Assembly: GCA_051362555.1 (NCBI GenBank)
Contig: CM120640.1
Span: forward strand, 22,368,225-22,432,224
Direction of reading: 5' to 3'
DNA length: 64,000 bases
Origin: Lingula anatina
Taxonomy: Eukaryota > Animalia > Brachiopoda
The stretch's first letter is position 1, and each line of letters begins with the position of its first letter. Position numbers and translations under genes: made by a program. This document shows, one piece after another, positions 1 through 12,697 of the stretch. The notes below the pieces were generated by a model. It did no database searches. It worked only from the letters and a program-made list of their open reading frames with translations, and was not told where the DNA came from.

Positions 1-362
1 ATAAATAAATTATAATTAAATATATTGTTTGCACGTTATTGACAACGGAATATTAAACACGTTAGAACGATACATTTTTATTGTCATTCAATAATGGTGT
101 AATACAATAAATGAAGACCAAAGAGGTCACAAGATTTAGCATGGTTCACTTTAGCTTGTCACGGTTGTATGGACATGTCCTATATGTCTTCTGTTACTTA
201 TCCAGCAACAATATAATATGTAAGGTAAAGCCAATTTACGAACCTAAAGGATAATAAAAGTGCAACGCAAATGATGTGCATGTTTAAGATGAGTAGGTAC
301 ATGTAGGCCTACATGTAACTAAGATAACAACAAAGTAAAGAATCACTGCTTACTGATTTCAG

Positions 363-3300
363 ATGTCAGGTACCGGGGCTTGATAATGACACATGGGTTA
401 TTCAGGGACCTGGCCACGAGGCACTTATCAATGCTAGCATACCTCGGGACAGGCGAGGGAAGTATGCCGAGTGCACAGTGCGGACCAGCAACGGGACCGA
501 AGTGAAATGCTCCAATTGGGTCTATGATACATCTACATTCACAACTACATATCCCTCCCAGGTACTAAGAGAGAGGGGGGGAGGGAAAGAGAGAGGAGGT
601 TTTTGGGGCTGGATTTCAGCGTCATCTCCAAAAGTCAAACGTTGCTTCTGGTTATTTGTTTATATAAAGAAAGCGGTGTCAGCATATGATAATAATAGTA
701 ATAATAACAATAATAACGTACAGTGATTTCATGGCGTATTTTTCTTTTCAGTTTAATTTGGTCTGCGATAAAGCCGAATTGCTATCTGTGACTTCGATGG
801 TTTTCTTTGGTTCCGCCTTGGCGGGGGGACTGTTTCTCGGGATATTGTCCGACACGTAAGATTTCTTTCCGAATTTTCATCCACAAATATAATCACATAC
901 CAACTGTATTTGAGAGATGCTGTTTTCAGAATATATTGCACTCCTTCAAAATTTTATTTAAAACAAGTTTACTTTCTAGGGTTGGTCGCAAGACCACGCT
1001 GGTGATTGCATTACTGGGACAGGGAATCACCGGGGTTGTAGCCATATTTGCTCCCACCATTGAAGTATACATGATCATACGATTCCTGCTTGGAGCGTTT
1101 TCTTCGGGAATTTTCAATCCTTGTTTTACTTTAGGTAAAGGTTTTATTTAATCATTATATAACATTAGGTAAAAATCATTTAATCCTTGTGTTACAGTAG
1201 GTAAATATGTTGTTTTATTAAATAATCCACATCAATATTGCTAAAGCCATCTGTTCGTTCCATTGCCAATGACGACAATCACATCTTAAAACGTGCTACT
1301 ACTGTTAAGAAAATTTTTATTATGTTTTTTTATCCATGAGCTTTTATGCCAACTTTTTGTATAACTCTTTGACGATTTATGGTATTTATACAAACAACAT
1401 TTGGACAACAACTGTAATTGCCAAGTATGGTTTTACAAAAATCATTCCTGTTCAGCTTTGGAATTTTATGGTCCGAAACAGCGCATGGTGGCCGGTTCGG
1501 TGATAAATTTCTTCTGCGCCACTGGTGGGCCACTTACGACACTCCTGGCTTACTTTCTACGAGATTGGAGACACTTCCAGCTAGCAGTAACGCTGCCTAC
1601 GTTTTTAGTACTTGTAACAATGTGGTAAGATTAATTTTATGAATGTGAGAAAAAATTTGTGAAATAGAGCAATATATGTTACATCTTGTCATAACTATGG
1701 TCATAACTATGTCATCATCTTGTATAAAACCAAGCCCCTTCCTTTTATGTTTGTACGAATTCGTATATTGAAGATCAATAAGACTGATAGGGATAGGTTT
1801 GCATTTATTCTAGTATTATCCCACGAACAGATAAGTATCTGATTAGATTGCTCTTTTCAGCATATCTTTCAGACTGTTTGGTTTGCCAAAGCGTACTGAT
1901 TGTCACTATGTCGCACCATGATGAAAATGTTCCAAATAGATTAATAATGTAATACTTAGTAACTGAATGATAAAACCCCTCCTTACGAGACTAGCCAGGC
2001 AGAATAATAGTTTCTGTAATTATTTTCATGGGCAGCTTTGAAGCTTATTGTTGCAAAGTCGCTCTGATTTTAAAGGTACGTTCCTGAATCTCCGAGATGG
2101 CTTCTGAGCAGAGGAAAGAGGCGCAGAGCTGAGAAAATTCTGAGAACTGCTGCGAGAGTGAATGGACGGGTTTTGGCGCCAAATGTGTTAAAAAATGTTG
2201 TCATCGAAGAAGAGTCACCTAGCGTTAGTTTCCGGGAACTTTTCCGCGCGCCAAAAGTAATCTTAAGAATGCTGATGTTGTCCTATGCTTGGTAAATAAT
2301 TTAACTGTTCTGTAGCCTATTTCGGCTTTTGTTGCTTTCCATATAAAAAAATTCTTAAGTCGCATTTTTTAAAGTGGCCCACTCATCATTTATAACGAGT
2401 AATTCGTATTTACCATACCAATGTATTGATTTAACAGACAACTTTAATTAGTACTGTATTGACTATTTCAATCTCTGTATGCACACAACCTATCGTGGTG
2501 AGTAGATAGGTCTAGTTGCTTACTGGATAATATAGACCAATGAACGTTATTTTACTATATTCCAGGTTAATAGTTGACACTACATATTATGGAATAGGAC
2601 TTCATACGGGAAATCTTGGAGGCGATATATTTGTGAACTACCTTTGTCTGGGTTTAATTGAATACCCAGCCTTCGTTATCTGCTTTACCATAGACAGATT
2701 CGGGCGCAAAAAGCCTTATATTCTCTGCATGCTTCTTGGTGGACTCGCGTGTGTCTGCTCTATCTTTGTGGAATTGTACGCAAATGAAGGTAAGCAAAAC
2801 CAAGTTATTTTCGTAATGTGGCATTGTTTGTTCCAGTTCTGAATTATTCCGTTATATTCAGCGTGAAAAAAATGCGATACACGTATAGGCAATAAATTGG
2901 CAAAACTAGACATTGAAAAATATCTTATTATCTTTTCCAGAATTAAAATGGTTACATGTAGTACTCGCTGTGGCTGGGAAGTTTGGAGCAGCTGCAGTGT
3001 ATGGTATTCATTTCATATGGGCTGCCGAAATCTATCCCACTGTGATCAGGAACTTTGCGATGGGGGTTGGAGCCACAGTTGCTAATATAGGGACAATGGT
3101 TTCCCCATTCATTGTGGTAAGATATTTGATATAAGTTACTTGTGAGTGTGTGTGCGTGTTAACATGCATGAGTAGAGGTATTTGCGTGCACTCAACAGGT
3201 GCGAAAAATCGGTGGCATGTATGAGTACGGGTACTTGTGTGTTCTCAAGAAAATGATGCGTTGAATGAAAGAATTAACAATATTTACTTGATGATTTATT

Positions 3301-3745
3301 TAGAAAATATTTGTTCGATTTTTCTCACAGAGGAATATAAAAGTCGACTCTATTGGTCCAAGCACAATTCCAATGATAATATTTGGGGCGGCCAGTATTT
3401 CAGCTGCTATCTTAGTTGGGTTTCTCCCAGAAACAACAAACATCAATCTACCTGAAACTCTCGAGGACGCCCAAAACTTGGGAAGGTAATATAGTTTTGT
3501 CAATAGGAAAGACATTGCTTATCTTGTGGTTCTCAGTGATGTTTTCTCTGTTGTTAAATAAAAGTCAAATTTGAGCTCTCTTTTGTTTTACAGGTGTATC
3601 TTTTTCTGTTGCCAGTGATTTTCGAATAAGAAAAATAACTATATTTCTGACCGTTATTTATTACAGAAAGCAATCTACACATAAGAAAAAGATACGACAT
3701 GACGAAGATAAGGATCTGATAGCGCAAAAAGAAACTCAACTCTAA
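363..3745 (+). CDS. SLC22 family organic cation/anion transporter (MFS), 5'-partial; 9 coding exons in window
   Basis: GT-AG exons with consistent phases: 363-561, 752-855, 980-1134, 1456-1624, 2076-2291, 2566-2789, 2941-3116, 3331-3485, 3667-3745 (TAA). SLC22 motifs: Cys-containing loop [11 protein letters not shown]...[49 protein letters not shown]...[13 protein letters not shown] near 4064. The first exon lies upstream of the window. Confidence 0.92.
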
Positions 3746-5581
3746 TGTGCGTTAACGCCTTGAAAGAAAGAATATAATTCCAAAGACGCCATTCAGACAA
3801 TTAATGACAATTCACTGTGGACATAGAATGTTTTTGAAATACCTTCTTAGGACCTTATCGTTTCATTTATGTAATTAAATGTTTAGAGTTCGAAATGATG
3901 TCGATGACATGTTGTTGACGAGAACGTGCCTTACTTGCGCAACTGTTATCATATAGCGACTGCACATTGCAATCTAGACTTGTGTTAAATAGTTTGAAGG
4001 AAAAACTGTTTCTAAGTATTGTCTGTATCATATTATATACTTGTTTGTCATAACTTATTATTCAATAAAAAGTGAAAATGAATGAAAACATATAACTTGG
4101 AAAGTTCAGTTTAGTTACTTCGCTGCTTCTTTTCTTTCTTTTGCATTATTATATCTCGTAAAAAGCAATTTTGGGTGCGATGCAGGCATTAAAGGTTGTA
4201 ACCAGCCTTCAGGACAAAGGAGAAAAATGACACAAAGAAAATCCCTCAACGGATTTTATTGTTAAGTCCATCAAGGAAGGCAAAGTCATAACACAAATTT
4301 TTACGGCTTTTATATGTCCCTTTGAAGAAAACAGAAAAATGAAATAGTCTAAAATAAACATTATGAGACTTAAGACATCATACGCAAGTTGCAAATTTTC
4401 TAAAAACAAACAAGACCAATTGGAGAATGTGAGATGGTGCTGCGACCGACTGTAATAAGGTTTAAATTTTATGTTTTTTGTGTAAGATCAGATAAATCTA
4501 GTAATTAATTTTTTTCAGTGATTTAAGTTTCAAGGCTGAGATAAGTTAAGTTTCAGCTGGACAAACAATTCTTCCGCTCGCTTACTTTTAATAATCTATT
4601 AAAGTTAAATAGACCAAAATTATTTATTGAGATTCAGTGATAACGCTTACTGGACCCCACTCACCAGCGCAACAGGTCTGGTGCAGTCATTGCGTTTGTT
4701 GCGACAGCAGTGGCCTGTATGTAGGTTACGGTCCTCGGTCAAGTTTCGGTCAGAATGTGAAGCACTGAAAAAATAGGTTTTAGCCGGGCGTCAACTGCAG
4801 CGACACCTTCGTCCAAAAACTAGGTAAGAACATTTTGAAATATGCTGGTTAATATTAATGATAGTTTCTCCATTTACACCTGTTTATATCGTTACCAAGC
4901 ATCCTTTGGGCGAGTGTTTTCTCTTGCACGCCTTGTTATAGTTATAGCATAAGTTATGCATGGCTGGATATTACAATACTGACTATATATGCAAAACGAT
5001 AACGTTTACCATGCTGTGTAAACAACAAGCATGCATTACCACACTACTGATATTATCCTCACTTTATTAATTTGAAGGCATTTCTACTGTAATGCATCAG
5101 TATTTACAAAATTACAAGCGTGGTGTAATATACATTAACAGTACCTGAACAGTATATTTTTGTTACACTTTTCAGTGGTCAGTTCTACAGTATAATGATT
5201 GTTGTGAAGGGAATGCAAAAGTGCCTGACTTAATATTTAGGTGCAGTGTTGCGTTGATTACAAACTTGAACTTACAGTCTCTACTGATAACTCTGTTAGT
5301 GTTTCCATAGGACACCTGTGTGGGAATATGCATAAAATTTGCATGCATATAACAGCAACAGTATACTCCTAAACCATTTCTACTGGTTACTTAAACAACT
5401 AATATCTAAAATAAAGTCAACTTGCCAAGTCATAAAAGTCAAATTAATTCCTTGTTCTGCAAAAAAAGAAAAAAAAATGCTTCATAGAAGTACAAAAATG
5501 TTGAATTTCTTCACAGATTGGGAATACAACGTTGGTGTTTAGTCACACTTAATTATACAACTGTATGCTTTCAGAAAAACA

Positions 5582-7758
5582 ATGGGCAACAAATCGCACA
5601 AAGGAACTGTGATTTCAGCTGGACCAGGAGGCAGTCAGCAGGCACAGGGAACAGCAGTGCAACAGCGACCATATCTTGGATCACAATGTCAGTACTACTT
5701 CCTGGAGATGTCAGTGCCCTTTCGGCAGAATGTATTACAATTTACACATGGTCATAATATGATCAGTACCAACATAGACAGCTACTACCCTGCTCTAGCA
5801 CAACCATATCAGCAGGGCTGGAGAATGACAACATTCTACAGGATACCAGGAGTGGCTCAGCAGCAAGGACTTTTTAGTACAGCAGTAAATGTACCTTTCC
5901 AAGGAATATTTGTCAGGCTAGCCAGTGATCCAGTGTTTTGTAGTGAACAGTATCAGCTGAAAGTGGAGAAGTCTATCATGCTTATGACAGGTTTTAGAGG
6001 AGGTAAATTAGCTTTATACACATTTTTGCAAGGGATGTCACTCATGAAAGACATGATTACCATGAAATGTTGACATGTCTGACATTTAATTTTTGTGTTG
6101 TTCAAAGGGTAACCACTGGGTAGCCATAGAAAACAAACACATTCTTTGAGATATAGACATACTCTGGAAGTATTGATCACATTCCATAATAATTTAAGTT
6201 TAAGTGGAACTAAGTTACTTTAATCTTGGCTGTTGTTTTGACACTAACTGAATATACTGGGTATATATACAACAAATTTGAAATTCTTCACTGAGTATTT
6301 TTATGTACATACCGAGTATAGCCATGCGTCACTTGTGTCTGTCGTCTGCATTGTTGCAAAGCACTTTTCACTGTAAGCTTGGAAAACTGCCTTATTATCC
6401 CCACACTTACTGGAGTAATTTATGCTAAAAGAATACAGGCAGCTTTATTGGATCATTTTTCATGGAATTAAGCATTTTTTGTGAAGTAGTCTTTTTCTCA
6501 TATTTGCATTTTCAGTGATAATTAAATGTATGAGTATGAAATACTGTGTGACATTTTCTGAATGTCCATGAAATATCTCGTACATAATTGAAAATTGATG
6601 GTGTTTATGCTGTTAATCATTTTGTAATAATTGCATCAAACTTGATGAAAATCTCAATTTGTGCATAGCCATCATTAACACTATTAAAAGCAATCCATGT
6701 TATTTTTTATTCTCTAACTTCCAAGAATGATTCTGCAGATTAAATTATAGCTCCTATTGGAAAATCAAATTTAAAATCAATAAATATTAATAAGATATAT
6801 TTTTATCATTTATTTTTGACAAAATTGTTTTATAGGTATCCTATCATTGACGGGGCCACAGGGTGTCCAGGGTGATATGTCAGATATCCAGATGAAGATA
6901 GCTCAGAACACTCAGCATGGTGGCAGGCTAGTATGTGTTGAGATGTCAGGACAGTATGTGACACAGGGAATGGGAGCAACTATGATGGGAGTGCCTCCAG
7001 GTATGTGACAGTTTATGTCACAGGGAATGGGAACTGTCTGGGGGGAGGGGGATGGGAGTGTCTCCAGGTAAGAGAGTGTATGTGTCAAAGCGAAAGGGGA
7101 CTGCCTTAAAGGGAGTATCTCCAAGTATGACATAAGAAGTTGTTGAAGATATGATTAATTTCTTAAGTATTAAACTTTCAACACTTACTTCTTCAGCAGC
7201 AGGAGTATACCAAGGTATTCTTAAACATGCAGTTTGAATTTTCCAGGTATAGGGGTTGATGTGTTCTTTAATATGCCTCTCCATCCCAACCCAAGGCAGT
7301 ACATATATCAAGCAGTCAACGTACCAATTATGGTGGACGTCACAAGTTTCTCCAGAGATGTTCAAGTCCAGTGCAATTGGGCTCTCCATTTTGACACATT
7401 CTTGCATCAAGGCTGGCGATTGGTGGAAATATTTTTGGATCATTCTTACATGCATTCTGGCGCTGTTCATACATCACACACCATGAACTCAGTGTGGTTC
7501 TTTGAAAAGCCTGCTGATACTATGAATGATCCAACCCCAGTCTATGAGGGGACAGTGATGGAGTTTCAGCATGAAATCACAACTGATATAGGAGGAACTC
7601 ACGGAGAAGCTGGATGGAACCCAGTTGTACAGAGCATGGGAGCCAGCGGCTGGGAGCTGGCATGTATTCTGGCTACTCCAGAAGTATGGACAACAGGTGT
7701 TGGCAGGTACAAGACCATGAGGTTGATGCTATTTTTTCAGAGGAGAATAATCCGCTAG
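5582..7758 (+). CDS. Raftlin-like protein, paralog A (about 365 aa)
   Basis: Coding exons 5582-6002, 6836-7000, 7247-7758 with compatible phases (1098 nt). Probable non-coding first exon ends at the donor AG|gtaag at 4823. N-terminal MG. The C-terminal GWELACILATPEV...LMLFFQRR resembles the raftlin GWxLxCxLxTP...FxQR motif (recognised from memory). Confidence 0.8.
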
Positions 7759-7806
7759 TCCCATGTGGTTTAAGGCCAACTTCTCCTGGTTCTACTGTAC
7801 CCCTCA

Positions 7807-8020
7807 CCCCATTCTCATAGATTAGATCGACCTACATTGGATCGACCTAACTCCCTGGGGGTTCACGCTAAATAGCTGTCAGCCGGGCGGACACGAAAGT
7901 TAATTACCCCTTAAAGCTTGTAGTAGGCGGGGACGGACACTTAAGGGGGATTATCTGACAGTAATCTAGTGAGACTCCCCGCGGTGATAGATCGATCTAA
8001 AAGTTGTGAGAACAGAGCCC
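7807..8020. mobile_element. Degenerate MITE in the 3' UTR of raftlin paralog A
   Basis: Imperfect inverted termini (ttctcatagattagatcgacct ... agatcgatctaaaagttgtgagaac). A related degenerate fragment lies at about 49299-49350 (gatcgatctatctcagcagggattctc). Confidence 0.55.
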
Positions 8021-8534
8021 CTGTTGCAGAGAGTACCAAACAATGATGATTTGAATACACTGTAGGGTGTTTAACAAAATAAGAGGTGTTTTTTGTAAAA
8101 GGGTGCAATGCATATAAATTAATATGCTGTTATGGTGTGGAAATCTCTTTTCGAATGGATAAAGAAAGATTTGTAATGTTTAATGTTTTTTTTTTCTTTT
8201 TAATACCTTGCATGTTTTCAATATACAAATGGTACAAATAGCGCATGTTAACCTTTTACATAGTTTATATTGACATATACGGTTAATTTTATTGGTCTGC
8301 AATGGTTTCTCATTTAAGACATTATTATAATATAATGTATGTTCTCTTTTTATAAATACACATTGGCATTTAGAGTTGTTACCTTTTAACAAAGTTTCTA
8401 AATTTTAGAAACATTTTATTTTATAACAAAAAGAGTGAGAAAAATCAATATGACAAACGATGTATATGGGTCATTCAGAACAGAAGATCCGAGGATCAAA
8501 TATGGCGAACTCTACATGAAAGAAGTGCCGACTA

Positions 8535-8657
8535 ATCTGCTGATGGTCTCCCCGCCTCCACATGCGCCATCCTTGCAGGGGTCTAGCAATTAAACCTCGG
8601 AGCCATGATTTAATCCGTTGAATGGTGCGTGTGAAGGCTGGAAGACCATCAGCAGAT
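8535..8657. mobile_element. Short MITE with ~36-bp imperfect TIRs and TA flanks
   Basis: atctgctgatggtctccccgcctccacatgcgccat pairs with atggtgcgtgtgaaggctggaagaccatcagcagat; TA on both sides. Confidence 0.7.
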
Positions 8658-9241
8658 TAAAAATTAAACCAAGATCATACTTTTAGGGATCATTTCTATA
8701 GTAAAGTCTTGCATATTCGTGGATCTGTTCTGAATGGCCACAAACACACACATATCTTCATATTTCTCTGAACAATAAATGTTTTTATACATAGAACACA
8801 ATCTGTTTTGTGCCTGATGATTGTAAACAGTTAAAAGCATAGAAATTAAACCAAGACCCCTTTTTTGTTTCCAATGAATTATTTCTTTTAAGTATAATGG
8901 AATGATCCAATACATAACGTACCTATTGAAGGTCGTAAAAACTCGAGTTGGGTAGCTTAATTTACAGGTAGCGAGTAGAAACCTAGGTCGCTAGGATGCT
9001 ACGCGATATTTTTACATCAATTAAGTTTCTTTTTAAAAAAGCAATTTTGTCCTCATGTTTCATCATTCCAGTTGTTCAACCCCTTAAACGCTATGAAACG
9101 TCCCTGAACTTGGCTTCGATGGTTTATACTATTTTTAGAGGGACTTAATTCAACGGGAATCGTGATTTATTTAGACCGCTATATATGTCTTTCTGACATT
9201 TCGGAAAAGGAAAAGGAAATGTCAACAACCTATACTGGGTG

Positions 9242-9524
9242 CAGGGCCGTAGCCTCCGGGGGGGGCAGGGGGGGCAGTTGCCCCCCCTGGGATTTGAGGT
9301 GCAAAAAAAATAATCGCAAAGGTAAAAAAAAATAATTGCAACGTTGGTATCAATTCTGTGAAAAAATACACTCATGTTAAAATGCACCAGAATGCAGTAT
9401 TATACATACAGTTTTAAAAAATTTTCCACACCGTGAGAGGGGGACACCCCCTCCCCCCTCGGGGGCTTCGCCCCCTTGTGTCCGCTTACTGCCCCCCTGG
9501 CATTCTGCTCAGGCTACGGCCCTG
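9242..9524. mobile_element. MITE with CAGGGCCGTAGCCT TIRs and 5-bp TSD (hAT-like)
   Basis: TIRs cagggccgtagcct ... aggctacggccctg; GGGTG duplicated at 9237-9241 and 9525-9529; G/C-run-rich subterminal regions. Confidence 0.85.
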
Positions 9525-9931
9525 GGGTGTGGCCTATTTTCAGGGTTTTGTCGTATTTAAGATTAAATTTTGCAAACATGAGTAGCTTTGCTGAATATTT
9601 AGACATAAGAATATGACTGGATCATTTTCAAAAGTTTATAGAATATCTTTAACGTTTACATATAGTTTCTTGGTTTTAACTTGGATATAATAATGTCCAA
9701 TGTTTTAATTAGCTCTTTCAATATATATTTAATAGTTTCAAGAACATCTTTTTAGTGAATTACTGTATGAAAACGAAAAATCATCAAAGGGCGCGTGGAC
9801 AAGAAGCACATTCTGAAGATACCAGTAGCAGATATAGATTCTAACTTTTTGACAGGTTTTAATTGCGATTGATTTTCTGATTTTTTAGACTGCGCTGTCA
9901 CATTAAGCGTAAAAAAGTGGCACGTATATAA

Positions 9932-10040
9932 AACCTTCGGACCAATGAACCCTTGATTAAAAAATCGATGAAAATGTTACCACTTTTCGGACCAATGAAC
10001 CTTCGGACCAATGAACCTTCGGACTATCGAGACGCCCCCG
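9932..10040. repeat. 16-bp minisatellite (CTTCGGACCAATGAAC)n, likely a transposon subterminal remnant
   Basis: One copy near 9935 and about 2.5 tandem copies near 9985-10025, ending in gacgcccccg. Confidence 0.6.
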
Positions 10041-11113
10041 TATGGGGAAATTTTCCGGTATTTAGTAACGAAGGTGTCAGCTGTTTAAGTAACGACAGTT
10101 TTAAAAATAACAACCCTTTTGGGTAATATTATCAAGTTATTAATACTAAGAATAATTAGACTTTGCTCAAGGGGTATTCCAAGATCCACGTTTATTCAAC
10201 TGACACATTTTGTCCTCAACCTCGAATATATTTCAAAATGCCTGGTAACGAAGGTTTTGAAAATTACTTTTCAAGAGAATGCAGTTTGACCTATGTTTCC
10301 TGTAAAACATTTAACTGTACCGTGTCACGGTGTCACTACATGTATATATCGTCTAGTAAATCATGAACGTAACTGGACTGAAGATTTTACTAATAGCTAA
10401 AATATTGCACAATCATCAAGCAACTAAAATAGACGTAACGAAGTTTTTTTCCAACTTTTAAAAACCCGGCGCCACCGCAAAAGAAGATGTTATTGATTAA
10501 TTTATTTAAAAGAAACATTCTAAACCTTTTTAGAGACGTTAGACATTATACCCGCTTTCAAACAAGATGCAGATGTTCTACTTTACTAGTAAAAATAAAC
10601 TAGAAGAATGAGAGATGGTGTTGTGAACTTGTGACAGTAACTTACGTGGGCCCTACGAAGGTTTAAAGTTTAAATTTATTCCGTTTATTTTTTTAAATAT
10701 GTTTTGTTTATTTATTTTTTGTGTGAGAACTGATAAATAAACGTTTTTAAGAAGCTAGACTGATGTTCGTTAAGGTCTACTTGGGACAAACAATTCTTCC
10801 GCTTGCTTACTTTTAATAATCTTTTATAAATTTTAATTGGGTCTATAGGCCTAGAGAGAGATGTAGCGTCTTTATTTCTGCACATGCGCAAACGTTAGAT
10901 TCCTGTGGCTGTAGCAACTACTAGGAAGTGCGGGTGGGAGGGAAGCAATTTATCACCGACTGCTGCATACAGATCTTACGGGACCGTATAGTAAAGGGTG
11001 ATGTAAGTACAATGTAGCTTAAGTTTTTTTCCAAGGATCATGACCGTAATTTAATGGAAGCAAACCCCCACTGACTGTGTATACTGTAGGCTCGATCAGT
11101 GTAAGCGGATTTT

Positions 11114-11683
11114 GGTACTTTTGTAGTATACCCCCCCACCCTGTAACTTCCTGAAACTTTCATTTTTCAAACATTTTTTTACATTGTCTTTTTCACCTAT
11201 GTCAAAGCTGTTGAAATAAAATGTTTTTGTAATTACCTGTGGTCTTTTTATTAGTTTTAATCACGTTTAATCCACCCCATTGAAATACAATGTGAAAATT
11301 TACAATGTACCCGCAGTCAATAACTTGCCGCGTTTTAGTTGGCTAACTCTACCTTATTTTATGTGAACATAGGATTGACACATTGTATACTTGGACTTCC
11401 TCTGTGAAATTATTATGAGCTACTTGTTCACATAAAATTACCTTAGAGTTAGCCAACGAAAACGCGGCAAGTTATTGACTGCGGGTGTAAATTGAAGATT
11501 CCAACATTGTATTTCAATGGGCTGGCTTAAACGTGATTAAAACCAATAAAAATCCCACAGGTAATTACAAAAGCATTTTATTTCAACAGCTTTGACATAG
11601 ATGAACAAGAAAATGTAAAAAACTGTTTGAAAAGTGAAAGTTACAGAAAGTTACAGGGTGGGGGGGTATACTACAAAAGTACT
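11114..11683. mobile_element. Foldback MITE with ~255-bp imperfect TIRs and 8-bp TSD (Merlin-like GG terminus)
   Basis: Arms about 11114-11370 and 11424-11683 are diverged reverse complements (ggtacttttgtagtatacccccccaccctgtaac / gttacagggtgggggggtatactacaaaagtact). CGGATTTT is duplicated at 11106-11113 and 11684-11691. Confidence 0.88.
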
Positions 11684-11888
11684 CGGATTTTTATACGACT
11701 GTCACTGCATGGTCAATTTAGCACGAAATCCGTGATCGAACATGATCCATGCGTCAGCATGTGCACTCTCTAATATATAAACTATACTCTCTGATATATA
11801 ATATATATACTATACATTTTTCAGAAAACGCAACGGTCAATTCAACTGAACGTTGGAAAGCAGCAAAGTCTGATATGTACCATTGTAT

Positions 11889-12697
11889 CACGCTCGGCTG
11901 TCACCTTGATTGGATAGTAAACGATTGTCGTAAAATCGCTAAATGATATTAAAATCGGGTACATAAACTTAAAAACCACCTAGGACAACCTCAGACTGCC
12001 ACATTAATCCAATACAATGCAAAAATAAACTATAACAAGTGGTTAAAGCCTTCAAACCGAATGTCGTAAAGTCCCCATATACCTCCATAGAGACAATAAA
12101 ATAGAGTAAGCTTCTGAAACAAGAAAAATCCAGTTCCAACATAATAATCGAAATAAAATACTGCCGGGCATCGGAGCGGCCTAAAACTTGGCACGCTTAC
12201 CGCTAATACTGCAGGCTACATCATCCCGTCGCTCGTTTGTAAATTCCGTGCATGGCATACGCACAATCAAACCGTATATCCAAATTCCACCTCTGATGTT
12301 TGAATTGGTCCTCTCTACAATCCAATTCAGGAAATGACGGAATTTACAAACGAGCGACGGGATGATGTAGCCTGCAGTATTAGCGGTAAGCGTGCCAAGT
12401 TTTAGGCCGCTCCGATGCCCGGCAGTATTTTATTTCGATTATTATGTTGGAACTGGATTTTTCTTGTTTCAGAAGCTTACTCTATTTTATTGTCTCTATG
12501 GAGGTATATGGGGACTTTACGACATTCGGTTTGAAGGCTTTAACCACTTGTTATAGTTTATTTTTGCATTGTATTGGATTAATGTGGCAGTCTGAGGTTG
12601 TCCTAGGTGGTTTTTAAGTTTATGTACCCGATTTTAATATCATTTAGCGATTTTACGACAATCGTTTACTATCCAATCAAGGTGACAGCCGAGCGTG
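11889..12697. mobile_element. Young foldback element with 361-bp apparently perfect TIRs, 87-bp spacer and 8-bp TSD
   Basis: 11889-12249 is the reverse complement of 12337-12697 (no mismatch seen by eye). CATTGTAT is duplicated at 11881-11888 and 12698-12705. No coding capacity. Confidence 0.95.

Noticed and set aside
11889-12697. CAC termini suggesting a Transib/ProtoRAG (RSS-like) element
   Set aside because: The TSD is 8 bp rather than 5 bp, and no heptamer-spacer-nonamer structure is evident.
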